64,000 bases of DNA, from positions 75,937-139,936 of the forward strand of contig DATMMX010000047.1 of NCBI GenBank assembly GCA_035569495.1. Reading direction: 5' to 3'. The translations under genes were made by a program, and so were the position numbers. Shown here one piece after another: positions 1-9,550 of the stretch. The notes beneath the pieces are model-generated. The model was not told where the DNA came from and made no database searches. It saw only the letters and a list, made by a program, of their open reading frames with translations. The first letter of the stretch is position 1, and every line of letters starts with the position of its first letter. Origin of the DNA: Candidatus Angelobacter sp. Its GTDB lineage: Bacteria; Chloroflexota; Dormibacteria; Aeolococcales; Aeolococcaceae.

Positions 1-2
1 TC

Positions 3-974
3 GTCGCCGCCGGCCTCTCGGCTGCCCAGGCCGCGGTCACCAAGGAGCAGACGGCGATCAACACCGCCGACGCTCAGCGCTCCCAGGCGACCGGCATTCA
101 GGCGCAGATCGCCGCGCTGCAGCGAGCCATCGCCGGCGACCAGGCCAACATCGCCGCCGCCCTGGCGTCGCCACCGACGCCGCTGCCCAGCGGTGGCGCC
201 ACCCCGCCGAACACCCTGCTGCTGCAGGCGCAGCGCCAGCTCAACTCCGACGAGGCGGCGCTCGGCTCGGCGCAGGGCCAGCTCAGCTCGCTGCTCGCCC
301 AGTCCTCCGCGGTGGTCGCGGGCGGCGCCCAGACGGTGGCCAACCTGCAGGGCCAGGTGAGCATCGACCAGCAGCTGCTGAGCATCGCCCAGGGCGGCAG
401 CTCGTCGATCGGCGCCCCCATCGAGGGCGACGTCGTCGCGGTCAACGTACTGCCCGGCCAGGCGGCCACCCCGGGCGTGCCGCTGGTGGAGATCGTCGAC
501 CCCTCGAAGCTGCGCGCCACCGCCAAGTTCCCCATCAGCGAGCAGTCGCTGGTGGTCCCCGGCGCCAAGGCGGCGCTGACCTTCAGCGCCCTGCCCGGCG
601 CGCAGCTCCAGGGCAGTGTGGTCAGCGTCATCCCGGTCACCAGCGACGGGCTCACCTTCCAGGCAGTGGTCGAGGCCGGCAACCCCGACCACAAGGTGCT
701 GCCGGGCCTGACCGCGGCGGTCAGCGTCGCCGCCAGCGTACAGGCGGCGGTCGCCGTGCCCCGGCTCTGCGTGCTCGACATCGACCAGAACCCCTACGCC
801 TACGTCGTCGACGCGGGCAACGTAGCCCACCGCCGCACCGTGCAGGTGGGCGCCGTCGACGCCGACAACGTTCAGGTCACATCCGGCCTCAACGCGGGCG
901 ACCGGTGCGTGGTCAACGGCGCCCAGCTCCTCGAAGACGGCAGCAAGGTCACCGTCACCGCCACGAGGGCGTAA
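3..974 (+). CDS. HlyD-family membrane-fusion / periplasmic adaptor protein (5'-partial, continues upstream of window)
   Basis: The reading frame is open from base 3. The N-terminal part is a Q/A-rich coiled coil (…AQIAALQRAIAGDQANIAAAL…). The C-terminus has beta-barrel/lipoyl-like motifs typical of HlyD/RND adaptor proteins (VSIDQQLLSIAQGG…GDVVAVNVLPGQAATPGVPLVEIVDPSKLRATAKFPISEQ). Stop codon TAA at 972-974. Confidence 0.6.
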   Translation, partial: VAAGLSAAQAAVTKEQTAINTADAQRSQATGIQAQIAALQRAIAGDQANIAAALASPPTPLPSGGATPPNTLLLQAQRQLNSDEAALGSAQGQLSSLLAQSSAVVAGGAQTVANLQGQVSIDQQLLSIAQGGSSSIGAPIEGDVVAVNVLPGQAATPGVPLVEIVDPSKLRATAKFPISEQSLVVPGAKAALTFSALPGAQLQGSVVSVIPVTSDGLTFQAVVEAGNPDHKVLPGLTAAVSVAASVQAAVAVPRLCVLDIDQNPYAYVVDAGNVAHRRTVQVGAVDADNVQVTSGLNAGDRCVVNGAQLLEDGSKVTVTATRA

Positions 975-976
975 AG

Positions 977-2266
977 GTGGTGCGGCACCTCCGGGCGCTG
1001 CGACCTCTGCGCACGCTGCGGACGCTGCGGGTGACCTTCGGCGTCCTCGGCGCGGCGGCGGTGGCGGCCGCCCTGGCGCGGCCGTGGCTGGAGGTGCCGT
1101 TGCAGCCACGTCTGTCCGCAACCTCGATCCGCATCGTGGTGGGGGGACTGCCGACCAGCAGATGGGCGACCTACGGCGCCGCGCTGGCGGTGCTCGCCGC
1201 GGTGGCCCTGGCGGCGACGGTGTGGCGGCGCGGCCGTCCCTCGGCGCTGCTCGGCGCGGCGGGGCTGGCGGTGCTGCTGGTCTGCGCCCTGATGCTCGCC
1301 CAGGTGGTGCTCTGGGACGCGGGACTGCGCCACACCCTGGTCGCCCAGAACCTGCAGAAGTCCGTTGCAGTGCAGCAGTTCGGCTACAGCGTGCGGGCCA
1401 CGCAGCCGTCGGCGATCTTCCTCGCCCCGCTGTCGGGCGCCGGCAAGGTGGTGGCCGGCTCGCTCGACCACGGCTTCTACCTGGCCGTCGTCGGTGGCGC
1501 GCTGATGGCGGTGGCGGGGGCTCCGCCGCTGCTGCTCGCCGGCCGCCGCCGCCCGCGCCTGCTCGGCGCCACGGCGGCCGCGTCGATGCTGCTGCTCACC
1601 GGCGCCGCTGCGCCCGGAGTTGTGGCCTGGTATGTCGAGAACTCGGCGGCCGCGGCGGCGCAGCGCGGTGACACCGCGGCGGCGATGAGCGGCCTCGACC
1701 TCGCCGCCCGCCTCGTCCCCGCCTACCGCCAGGACCCCGACGACGAGCTGGCCCGCGGCGTCGCCCTGCTCCAGGCGGGCGACCGCAACAGCTCGCCCGC
1801 GCTCTTCGTGCTCTCGCGCAACGCCGCCTCCGCGGGTGATCGGCCCACCGAGCTGAGCCTGCTCGCCGAGGCCGTGCGCCGCTCGCCGCAGGACACCGTG
1901 GTGCTGGAGGAGTGGCGGGCCCGCTCCGTCGAGCAGGCGCTGCGCATCCACGACCCCTCGCCGGTGCTCGACCTGCCCGCGGCGGTCGCCGACACGGCGC
2001 TGGTGCAGTACGTCAGCGGCCGCCTGCTCTACGACGCGGGCAGCTACGACCTCTCGCTGCCCTACTTCCGGCGCACCCTGCAGCTCACCGGCGACCCCGA
2101 CCTGGGCTCCTCGGCACACACCTACATCGCCCTGGCCGACCTCGCCCTGGGCCGCCCCGACGAGGCCAAGCGCCACCTGGTCCTGGCCATCGCCCTCGAC
2201 GGCACCAGCAGCAACGGCCTGGCCCGGAGCACCGCCACCGGCCTCTACCGCGGCGTGCTGCCGTGA
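977..2266 (+). CDS. Membrane protein with N-terminal TM helices and C-terminal TPR-like repeats (hypothetical)
   Basis: GTG at 977 lies 3 nt after the upstream stop and has a GAGGG RBS. Several hydrophobic segments are present (AALAVLAAVALAATVW, AGLAVLLVCALMLAQVVLW, FYLAVVGGALMAVAG). The C-terminus has helical repeat character (…YIALADLALGRPDEAKRHLVLAIALD). Its stop overlaps the next start (GTGA at 2263-2266). Confidence 0.45.
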   Translation: MVRHLRALRPLRTLRTLRVTFGVLGAAAVAAALARPWLEVPLQPRLSATSIRIVVGGLPTSRWATYGAALAVLAAVALAATVWRRGRPSALLGAAGLAVLLVCALMLAQVVLWDAGLRHTLVAQNLQKSVAVQQFGYSVRATQPSAIFLAPLSGAGKVVAGSLDHGFYLAVVGGALMAVAGAPPLLLAGRRRPRLLGATAAASMLLLTGAAAPGVVAWYVENSAAAAAQRGDTAAAMSGLDLAARLVPAYRQDPDDELARGVALLQAGDRNSSPALFVLSRNAASAGDRPTELSLLAEAVRRSPQDTVVLEEWRARSVEQALRIHDPSPVLDLPAAVADTALVQYVSGRLLYDAGSYDLSLPYFRRTLQLTGDPDLGSSAHTYIALADLALGRPDEAKRHLVLAIALDGTSSNGLARSTATGLYRGVLP

Positions 2267-5200
2267 GCCGCCTGCGCCTGCTGGTCGCCTGCACCCTGGT
2301 CGCCCTGGGCACGGCTGCGGTCGCCGACGTCGCCGTGGCCGCCTTCTCGCGCGTCGACCGGGTGAGCTACACGCCGGCGTTCCACGGCGCCGCCTGGGTG
2401 TCGTCGCCACAGGCGGCGCCGCGCGCCTGGTTCCGGCTGCCGCTGGCGCTCGACCGCCGGCCCGACGCGGTCAGCATCCAGCTCGACGCGGACCAGACCT
2501 GGACGCTCTACGCCAACGGCGTGGCCCTTGGCGACGACAAGGCCGACCTGGCCGCGGGGTTCGCCGCGGTGCACACCATGGACCTGACCGCGCTCATGGT
2601 CGGCGGCGACAACGTCATCGGGGTCACCGTGGTCAACGACAACCGCGGCGCCGCCGCGCTGCGCGCCGAGGTCACGGTGGTGCAGGGGGGCAGACGCACC
2701 GAGCTGCTCACCGGCACCGCCCACTGGCGGGCCACCGCCGACGTGGCCGCGGTGGAGACGCCCGGGCTGGGGCCGGCCGCGATGACCTGGCCGGGCAACC
2801 CAGGCACCGGCGGGGTGCGCCTCGCCCCGGGCCAGACCATCGTCCCCGGCGCCGCCGGGCAGCTCGGCGTGGGCGCCGCACACAAGCCGTCGTCGAGCCT
2901 GCTCACCCCCGGGCAGGCGGCGCCCGCGGCGGCGGCGCAGCAGCCGTTGAGCTCGGCGCTGCAGGGGGCGCTGGGCAGCCTCGGCGGCAACGGCACCACC
3001 GTGGCGGGCGTGGCGGGGGCGAGCGGCGTGCCCCAGGCCGCCGGGCAGGCCGCGCCGGCGGCGTCGGCGACGCCCGCCCCGCGCGGATCGACGCGCGCCT
3101 CGCAGGCGCAGACGGTCACGCCCAAGCTGCTCGCCCAGGTCGACGCCGCCAACTTCTCCATCCCCGGCTTCGCCGATCCGTCGTGGGCGGCGGCGCCGGC
3201 GGTGCAGCCGCCGCGGGGTGACGTCAGCGCGGCCGTCCCCGCGTGGGTCACCGAGCAGCCGCTGGGCGCCCAGGTGGTGACGGCGCCCGGCGCGCCCACG
3301 CTGCTGACGGTGATGGCCACGGTGACCGTCCGCGACGGCGCCTCCGACGGCTGGCTGCGCGTCGGCGCTGCGGGTACCGCATCTCTCTACATCGATGGGC
3401 AGCTGGTCATCCCCCAGGTGGGCGCGACGGTGCCCTCCCCGGACGCCTTCGGCGGTTCCGGCACCAGCGGCGCCGACCCCTGGCGGCAGTCGTCGCCGCC
3501 GCTCAACGTGCCCCGGCAGAGCACCGGGCTGCGCGCCGCGGTGCCCTTCGTCAGCGCGTACCACCTCGGCCCGCTGCTGCACCAGGGAAGCAACCTGCTC
3601 GCCCTGGTGGTCACCTCGGGCGCCGCGCCCAGCGCCTACATGGACGGGCGGTTCACCACCGGCGGGGGGGAGGTGGCCATCGGCAGCGGCGCGGTATGGA
3701 CCGCCCGGTCCACACCGGGTTCGCTCACCGAGGCGGCGGCGACGCCCGCGCAGCCGCTGGGCACGGTGAATGCGGCGTGGCGCAACCGTCCCCCCGTGGT
3801 GCCCATCGACTCGGCGATGCTCAACCGTCCTGACAGCCTGCTCTGGGGACCGCGGCTGCTCGCCGTGGCCCTGATCCCCGGGGCCTGGGTGCTGATCGCC
3901 GCCGTGGCACGGCTGCGCGGGCGGCTGCGGCTCGGCACCCTGCTCGGCGTGGGCGCGATGGGCATGGCGCCCGCGCTGGTGGCCACCGAGATCGTCGGTG
4001 AGCTGGCCCGGCTGCCCAGCTTCCGGCCGCCGGGGGTGCTGGTGCCGCCCACCGCGCTGGCGCTGCTCGGCGCCTCGGTCGGCGGTGACCTGCTCGCCAC
4101 CGTGCTGGCGCTGCGCTCGGCCGGCCTCGGCCGGTTGGGGCGGCGGCTGCTGGCGCTGCGGCGGCGTCCCGCGGCCCTGGTGGTCCGGCTGCGGCGGCGC
4201 GCGGCGGGTGCGGCGGGGGCGTTCGGGACCGTCGTGGCGCATGCCCCTGTCCCCGCACCCGCCGGAGCACCCGCGGGGTGGGCGGTGGCGCGCCGCGCGG
4301 TGGCGCTTGGCGGTGGCGGCCGGGGCTGGAACCTGTCGGCCGCCTCCGGCGCCGTGGCGGGACGGCTGCCGGGGCTGCGTCCCCTGCCCGCGCTGTCGCT
4401 GCGCTCTCTGCTCGCCCGGCTCGGCGGCGGCGCGCTGTGGCTGGCTCATCGCTGGAGCGCCTGCGCGGTGGCGGCGGTGGCCGGCGGCATGGGGCTGCTC
4501 AACGCCTACCGGCTCGACTACCAGCCGTTCTGGCAGGACGAGTTGTTCAGCCTGGCCGGCGCGCGCGGCATCCGCGCCCACGGGCTGCCCATCTGGCCGT
4601 CCGGCTTCCAGTACTGGAAGGGCGAGATCTACAGCGTCACCATCGCCGTGGTGGGGCGCATCTTCGGCGACACGCCGACGGCGCTGCGCATGGTGTCGGT
4701 GGTGCTCTTCGCGGCCACCATCGCGGTCTTCGGGCTGATGCTGGTGCCCGAGGTGATCGGGCGGGGCCGCCGCTGGCTGCAGGTCGGCCTGACGGTTCTC
4801 TTCGCCACCGCGCCGGCGCAGATGACCTGGGCCCGCGAGGCGCGCATGTATCAGCTCGCCGACTTCTTCATGGTGCTGTTCCTCGCCCTCTTCCTGCGCG
4901 CCCTGCGCCGGCCGACGACGCGCAACATCTGCTTTGCCACGCTGGCACTTCTGGGCATGTACCTGTCCCACGAGGAGACCTTCATCGCCCTGCCCGCGGT
5001 GGCCGTGGTCGGCGTGCTCGCGCTGCGTTCGCAGCTCTGGCGCAACCGGCGCTGGATCGTCTTCGGCGGGGCGGCGTTCGCCGTCATCGGCGCGCAGGCG
5101 CTGCTCGCCTTCAAGGTGCAGCCGCAGTGGTTCGGCGCCGACCACAGCAACCGTCCCTACGTCGGCTTCGACACCACCGATGCCTGGTACTACTTCAGCA

Positions 5201-5997
5201 CGGTGTTCTTCAAGGGCGGCGGCGGGCTGGCGCTGGTGACAACGCTGGCGACATTGGGCAGCGTGGTCGGGCTGGTGCGGCGCAACCTGGTGCGCAATTA
5301 CCTGAGCGGCTTTCTCTGGCTGGAGATGCTGATGCTCAGCGTCGTCTTCGCGCCGCGGATCACGCGCTACACGTTCATCGTGCTGCCGCCGCTGTTCCTG
5401 CTCGCCGCCTTCGGCGCGCAGGACCTGCTCGACGGCGCGCGCCGCCTGCTCACGCCGCGTGGTGCACCGCCGCGACTCGCGCGCGCCATGCAGGGCATGG
5501 CCACCGCGGGCCTGGCCACGGTGGTGATGTGGCTGGGCGTGTCACAGCCGGTGTCGGTGCAGGCGTACGGACTGGCCGTCGCCGATGCGACCAGCTCGCC
5601 GGCGCAGATGCAGTACGTCGACTACCAGTACGTCACCGACTACATGAAGCGGAACTGGCGGCCCGGCGACATGTGGGTGGCCGCGGCGCCGCCCAACATC
5701 GCCGCGGAATACCTCGGCCGCCCGCCCGACCGCATCATCCAGACCCACTCCAACGACCGCTTCTTCTACATGTTCGAGAAGAACGGGCAGGCGGTGGACA
5801 CCCAGTATGGCGTGCCCGTGGTGCTCGCCCCGTCCGACCTGCAGCGGCTGCTGGAGGGGCACCACCGCGTCTGGCTGGTCACCGACGACACCCGCTACCT
5901 TGCCGGGTTGCCGCCTGGGTTCATCGGCGTGATCAACCAGCACTTCGCCAAGGTGGCGGAGGGGGCCAGCTCGGCCGTCTACCTGGGCTATGGATGA
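2263..5997 (+). CDS. Large multi-domain membrane protein: two N-terminal beta-sandwich (galactose-binding-like) domains fused to a C-terminal GT-C glycosyltransferase (PMT/ArnT, GT39/GT83-like)
   Basis: GTG 2263 overlaps the upstream stop. The N-terminus has a signal/TM segment (LLVACTLVALGTAAVA). Two repeats of a jelly-roll signature occur (TWTLYANGVALG … ASLYIDGQLV). The C-terminal ~600 aa is polytopic and carries the PMT/ArnT-type first-loop motif (…YRLDYQPFWQDELFSLAG…) followed by many TM helices and a soluble C-terminal domain. It is a single uninterrupted frame in the ORF track (1912..5997). Confidence 0.55.
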   Translation: MSRLRLLVACTLVALGTAAVADVAVAAFSRVDRVSYTPAFHGAAWVSSPQAAPRAWFRLPLALDRRPDAVSIQLDADQTWTLYANGVALGDDKADLAAGFAAVHTMDLTALMVGGDNVIGVTVVNDNRGAAALRAEVTVVQGGRRTELLTGTAHWRATADVAAVETPGLGPAAMTWPGNPGTGGVRLAPGQTIVPGAAGQLGVGAAHKPSSSLLTPGQAAPAAAAQQPLSSALQGALGSLGGNGTTVAGVAGASGVPQAAGQAAPAASATPAPRGSTRASQAQTVTPKLLAQVDAANFSIPGFADPSWAAAPAVQPPRGDVSAAVPAWVTEQPLGAQVVTAPGAPTLLTVMATVTVRDGASDGWLRVGAAGTASLYIDGQLVIPQVGATVPSPDAFGGSGTSGADPWRQSSPPLNVPRQSTGLRAAVPFVSAYHLGPLLHQGSNLLALVVTSGAAPSAYMDGRFTTGGGEVAIGSGAVWTARSTPGSLTEAAATPAQPLGTVNAAWRNRPPVVPIDSAMLNRPDSLLWGPRLLAVALIPGAWVLIAAVARLRGRLRLGTLLGVGAMGMAPALVATEIVGELARLPSFRPPGVLVPPTALALLGASVGGDLLATVLALRSAGLGRLGRRLLALRRRPAALVVRLRRRAAGAAGAFGTVVAHAPVPAPAGAPAGWAVARRAVALGGGGRGWNLSAASGAVAGRLPGLRPLPALSLRSLLARLGGGALWLAHRWSACAVAAVAGGMGLLNAYRLDYQPFWQDELFSLAGARGIRAHGLPIWPSGFQYWKGEIYSVTIAVVGRIFGDTPTALRMVSVVLFAATIAVFGLMLVPEVIGRGRRWLQVGLTVLFATAPAQMTWAREARMYQLADFFMVLFLALFLRALRRPTTRNICFATLALLGMYLSHEETFIALPAVAVVGVLALRSQLWRNRRWIVFGGAAFAVIGAQALLAFKVQPQWFGADHSNRPYVGFDTTDAWYYFSTVFFKGGGGLALVTTLATLGSVVGLVRRNLVRNYLSGFLWLEMLMLSVVFAPRITRYTFIVLPPLFLLAAFGAQDLLDGARRLLTPRGAPPRLARAMQGMATAGLATVVMWLGVSQPVSVQAYGLAVADATSSPAQMQYVDYQYVTDYMKRNWRPGDMWVAAAPPNIAAEYLGRPPDRIIQTHSNDRFFYMFEKNGQAVDTQYGVPVVLAPSDLQRLLEGHHRVWLVTDDTRYLAGLPPGFIGVINQHFAKVAEGASSAVYLGYG

Positions 5998-7439
5998 GGC
6001 GGATGCGGCTCGCGCTCGTGGCCGTTGTGGCGCTGTGCGTGAGCGGCTGCTCGTCGGGGCGGGCCACGGGGGCGACGCCGAGCCCGCTGGCACCGCTGTC
6101 CAGCGTTGCGGGCCCCTCGGTTGTGGCGGGCGGGGACGCTCCGAGTGTCACGCCGGGCGCGCCCGACACGGGCACCGGTGCGCCGGCGTCCGCGGCGCTG
6201 CAGGTGGAGCAGGACGTTCTCGCCAACATTGGCCAGAACGGGTGGGACAGCGCGGCCGGCCTCAACGGGGGGCTCGGGCAGCTCTGGATCAACTGGCGCA
6301 CCGGATCCACACCGCTGAGCACCAACTGGAACAACGTGCCCGCCGCGGAGTGCACGGTCGGCGGCGGCGGCACCCCGCAGTGCACCAGCTCGCCGCCGCG
6401 CACCGACCGGCTCACCGACCTGCGCTACCTGCACGCCCTGGCCCTGTACCGCAACCAGCATCCCGGCGACACCCGCTTCGACGCGCAGTTCAGCCGGTGG
6501 GCGGGGATCGTCAAGTCACTGTGGGGGCGCCCCCGCGACGAGCGGGGCTGGACGTACGAGGTGCTGGTCGACATCACCCGGCTCACCGGCGACGGCTTCT
6601 ACGCGGCCGCGGCGGCGCAGCAGGCGCACTACTACAGCGCCACCGTCTTCCACGCCTCGTGCGGCTGCCTGTACTTCACCGACACGGCGCACCCGCGCGG
6701 CTTCTACCGGCCGGTGGACACCGTCGAGGAGGCCGCCGCCCTCGCCGAGGAGGGCGCGCGCACCGGCAACCAGACGTACATCGCGCAGGCGCGCACCGCA
6801 TTGCAATTCCTCCTCGCCCACGGCTACCTGCGCGCCTGGCACGCCTTTCCCTACGCCTGGGACCAGGTGCTCAATGCCGACGGGTCGGTCAACAGCAGCC
6901 CGGTCTTCGCCGCGGGGCTGCCCAACGCCGGGCAGGAGGTGCGGGTGATCTGGCTGGCCCAGGAGGCGCAGACCCTGCTCCACGCCACCCGCGCCACCGG
7001 CGACACCCGCTACAGCACCCTGGCCACCGAGCTGCTCGACGCCATCACCCCGGCGCAGAACACGCTGGGCCTGTGGGACAGCGCGCACGGCGGCTACTGC
7101 GAGAAGGCCACCTTCTCTGGCAGCGGATTGGCCCAGCCGGGCTCGCCGTCTGTGGGTTGCTCGAAGAAGGAGGCGGGGCGGCAGCTCGTCGTGCTCGACG
7201 CGGTGCGAGTGGCGGCGACGGTTGGGCTGGGCAGCCGCTACGCGGACCTGCAGCAGCGCATGACCGCACTTGCGGTCGGTCCTGACTATTACTCGCACGG
7301 CGCCGGCTACGTGTACGAGGTGGCCCCGGACTACAGCCTCTTCCTCAACCACAGCGTGCCCGAGGACTGGGTCACCACCGAGGCGGACGGCATCGCCCTG
7401 GAGGCGCTCTTCGCGCTCAGCGACCCCTCGCCCTGGTAG
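5994..7439 (+). CDS. Lipoprotein with six-hairpin (alpha/alpha)6 glycosidase-like domain (hypothetical)
   Basis: ATG 5994 overlaps the upstream stop (ATGA). The lipoprotein signal is MRRMRLALVAVVALCVSGCSS (lipobox VSGC). The body contains W/Y-rich helical-hairpin motifs (AQFSRWAGIV…WTYEVLVD…YYSATVFHASCGCLYF…LQFLLAHGYLRAWHAFPYAWDQ) reminiscent of N-acylglucosamine-epimerase/GH76/GH88-type toroids. Confidence 0.5.
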   Translation: MRRMRLALVAVVALCVSGCSSGRATGATPSPLAPLSSVAGPSVVAGGDAPSVTPGAPDTGTGAPASAALQVEQDVLANIGQNGWDSAAGLNGGLGQLWINWRTGSTPLSTNWNNVPAAECTVGGGGTPQCTSSPPRTDRLTDLRYLHALALYRNQHPGDTRFDAQFSRWAGIVKSLWGRPRDERGWTYEVLVDITRLTGDGFYAAAAAQQAHYYSATVFHASCGCLYFTDTAHPRGFYRPVDTVEEAAALAEEGARTGNQTYIAQARTALQFLLAHGYLRAWHAFPYAWDQVLNADGSVNSSPVFAAGLPNAGQEVRVIWLAQEAQTLLHATRATGDTRYSTLATELLDAITPAQNTLGLWDSAHGGYCEKATFSGSGLAQPGSPSVGCSKKEAGRQLVVLDAVRVAATVGLGSRYADLQQRMTALAVGPDYYSHGAGYVYEVAPDYSLFLNHSVPEDWVTTEADGIALEALFALSDPSPW

Positions 7440-7463
7440 GGCCTCGGTCGGCTGCGCTTGTGG

Positions 7464-8696
7464 TCAGCTGACGACGCGGTACGAGGGGGTCGCGCGTCCC
7501 ATGGCGAGCTGCACCACGCCGAGCAGCGGCGCGTGCGGACCGAGGGCCGTGAGCTGCACGGGGACGGGTTCGACGGGCAGGGCGTGGCGGGCGACCGAGG
7601 CGCGCACCGCGTCGACATAGGCGCCGCTCATCATGGCCAGCGGGCCGCCGAGGACGATGGCGGTGGGGGAGAGGAGGTCGATGACGTAGGCGATGGCGCG
7701 GCCGAGGTGGTCGCCGGCCAGGCCGATCACCGCCAGGGCGTCGGGGTTCCCCGCGTCGGCGAGGCGAGCCACCACGTCGGCGGTGACCTGGCCGCGGTAG
7801 GCGGAGAGGGCAGCGCCGGCACCGCGCTCGATCGCCTCCTCGGCGAGGCGGGCGATGGCGGTGCTGCCGGCCATGGTCTCGACGCAGCCGCGGTTGCCGC
7901 AGCTGCAGCGGACGCCGTTGTCAATGGCGGGGGCGTGGCCGATCTCGCCGGCGAAGCCGCGGGCTCCGGTGAAGAGGGTGCGGTCGATGACGATGCCGGC
8001 GCCGATGCCGCTGCCCGCGTACACCCAGACCAGCGAGGCGTGGTCGGCGCCCGAGAGGCGGGCCTCGGCGATGGCGGCGGCGTGCGTGCTGTTGGCGACC
8101 ACGGCGGGAACGCGCAGTGCGGCCTCGATGCGCTGGCGCACCGGCGCGTCGCGCCAGCCGATGTTGGGGGCGACGATGCAGCGGCCGGTGTCGACGTCGA
8201 CCAGGCCCGGCACCGCGATGCCCGCGCCACGGAGCTGGTCGCGCTTGACGCCCGCGCTGGCGGTGGCCTCGCGCAACGCCTTCTGCGCGTCACGGACCGA
8301 CTGGTCCAGATCGCCGTGCACGGCCGGGGTGGTGCTGGTGGCGACCAGGTTGCCGAGGCCGTCGGCGATGGCGACGTGGGTGGTGTTGACGCCGAACTGG
8401 ATGCCAGCGAAGGCGACGGCGCGCTCGTTGTAGACGAGCAGCGACGGGGGCCGGCCGGTGCGGTGGGTGGCCACCTCGGTCCCCATCTCGCGCACCAGGC
8501 CGCCGCCGACCAGGTCCTCGATGATCGAGGAGACGGTCGGCTTGGAGAGGCCGGTCCGGCGCGACAGCTCCACTCGCGAGACCGGACGCCCCTCGCGCAG
8601 GATGTCGAGCACGATGGAGCGGTTGACCTCGCGCATGGTGTGGTGGGCCACCTTGGTGCCGGAGGCCCGCCGCACCAGCAGCTCGTCGGTGCTCAC
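7464..8696 (-). CDS. ROK-family transcriptional regulator (NagC/XylR-like, N-terminal HTH + sugar-kinase fold)
   Basis: GTG start. The N-terminus has a winged HTH (NRSIVLDILREGRPVSRVELSRRTGLSKPTVSSIIEDL). The ROK glycine-rich motif (GIGAGIVIDRTLFTGARGFAGEIGH) and the Zn-binding CxCGxxGCxE motif (VRCSCGNRGCVETMAG) are both present. Confidence 0.85.
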   Translation of the reverse strand: MSTDELLVRRASGTKVAHHTMREVNRSIVLDILREGRPVSRVELSRRTGLSKPTVSSIIEDLVGGGLVREMGTEVATHRTGRPPSLLVYNERAVAFAGIQFGVNTTHVAIADGLGNLVATSTTPAVHGDLDQSVRDAQKALREATASAGVKRDQLRGAGIAVPGLVDVDTGRCIVAPNIGWRDAPVRQRIEAALRVPAVVANSTHAAAIAEARLSGADHASLVWVYAGSGIGAGIVIDRTLFTGARGFAGEIGHAPAIDNGVRCSCGNRGCVETMAGSTAIARLAEEAIERGAGAALSAYRGQVTADVVARLADAGNPDALAVIGLAGDHLGRAIAYVIDLLSPTAIVLGGPLAMMSGAYVDAVRASVARHALPVEPVPVQLTALGPHAPLLGVVQLAMGRATPSYRVVS

Positions 8697-8734
8697 CGCC
8701 TGATCCTACCCCATCCCCCTCCGGGCGACCGCCG

Positions 8735-9550
8735 CTATGTTCGGGTTACTTCCGAACCAGCCAGGGCGGGCGCGGCGAGGTCGCCGTGGGCGCCGAGGTG
8801 GAAGCGCAGGTGGTCGGCGAGGCGGCCCCTCCAGTAGCCCCAGTCGTGGCCGCCGGGCCGTTCGACGTAGCCGTGGGCGACACCGAGGCGGTCGAGGTGG
8901 GCGTGGAAGCCGCGGCTGGCGTCGAGCAGCGGGTCCTCGGTGCCGCAGTCGAGGGCGAGGCGCAGCCCGGTGCGGCGTGCCGGGTCGCTGACCAGCGAGG
9001 TGATGTCGTGCGCCGCCATCAGCGCGTCGTCGTCGCCCCACATGCGCCGGCGCGCGTCGGGGACGTACTGGAACAGTCGCTGCGGGTCGAAGAAGCCGCT
9101 GGTCGCCGAGGCGCTGTCGAAGGTGCCGGGGTTGCGCAAGGCCAGCAGCAGGGCGCCGTAGCCGCCCATCGACAGCCCGGCGACGTGGCGGTCGGACGGG
9201 ACGGGCAGCTCGGCGTCGATCCAGGGCAGCAGCTCGCCCACCAGGTACGTCTCCGCGGCGGTGGTGCCGTCGACCCAGTCGCAGTAACCCGAGCCCAGCT
9301 CGGCGCCGGTGTCGCCCGCCATCACCAGGCAGAACGGCGGCAGCTCGCCCGCGGCGACCAGGCGTGCCGCGGTACGGTCGGCGGCACCCTTCTCCCACCA
9401 TACGAATCCACCGGCGTCGCGGACGCCGTGCAGCAGCACCACCACGGGCAGGTCGCGACCTGGGTGGCCGGGCGGCATCCACGTCCAGTGCTCCAGCCGG
9501 CGGCGGTTGGCCAGGCTGAAGATGGTGTGGCCGGCCAGGCCCTCAGCCAT
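8735..9550 (-). CDS. Esterase-family protein (putative esterase / esterase D-like alpha/beta hydrolase)
   Basis: The first ATG after the upstream garbage frame gives MAEGLAGHTIF…. The nucleophile-elbow motif is GLSMGGYGALLLALRNP. The signature …WGDDDALMAAHDITS… is typical of the PF00756 putative-esterase family. The ORF-track upstream extension (to 9925) is a low-complexity R/P-rich read-through. Confidence 0.7.
   Translation of the reverse strand: MAEGLAGHTIFSLANRRRLEHWTWMPPGHPGRDLPVVVLLHGVRDAGGFVWWEKGAADRTAARLVAAGELPPFCLVMAGDTGAELGSGYCDWVDGTTAAETYLVGELLPWIDAELPVPSDRHVAGLSMGGYGALLLALRNPGTFDSASATSGFFDPQRLFQYVPDARRRMWGDDDALMAAHDITSLVSDPARRTGLRLALDCGTEDPLLDASRGFHAHLDRLGVAHGYVERPGGHDWGYWRGRLADHLRFHLGAHGDLAAPALAGSEVTRT

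Noticed and set aside
872-5145. Very long antisense or alternative-frame ORFs (for example 872..2410 minus, 2245..5145 minus, 1084..1671 plus) with R/G/P/A-rich translations
   Set aside because: They show the composition typical of wrong-frame reading of 70%+ GC DNA (runs of Arg/Gly/Pro/Ala, no hydrophobic cores, no motifs). They overlap well-supported genes on the other strand.
8739-8757. Hairpin GTTCGG-gttactt-CCGAAC at the 3' end of the esterase gene
   Set aside because: The stem is only 6 bp, it lies inside the last codons of the CDS, and no U-tract follows on the transcript. It is too weak to call as a terminator or attenuator.
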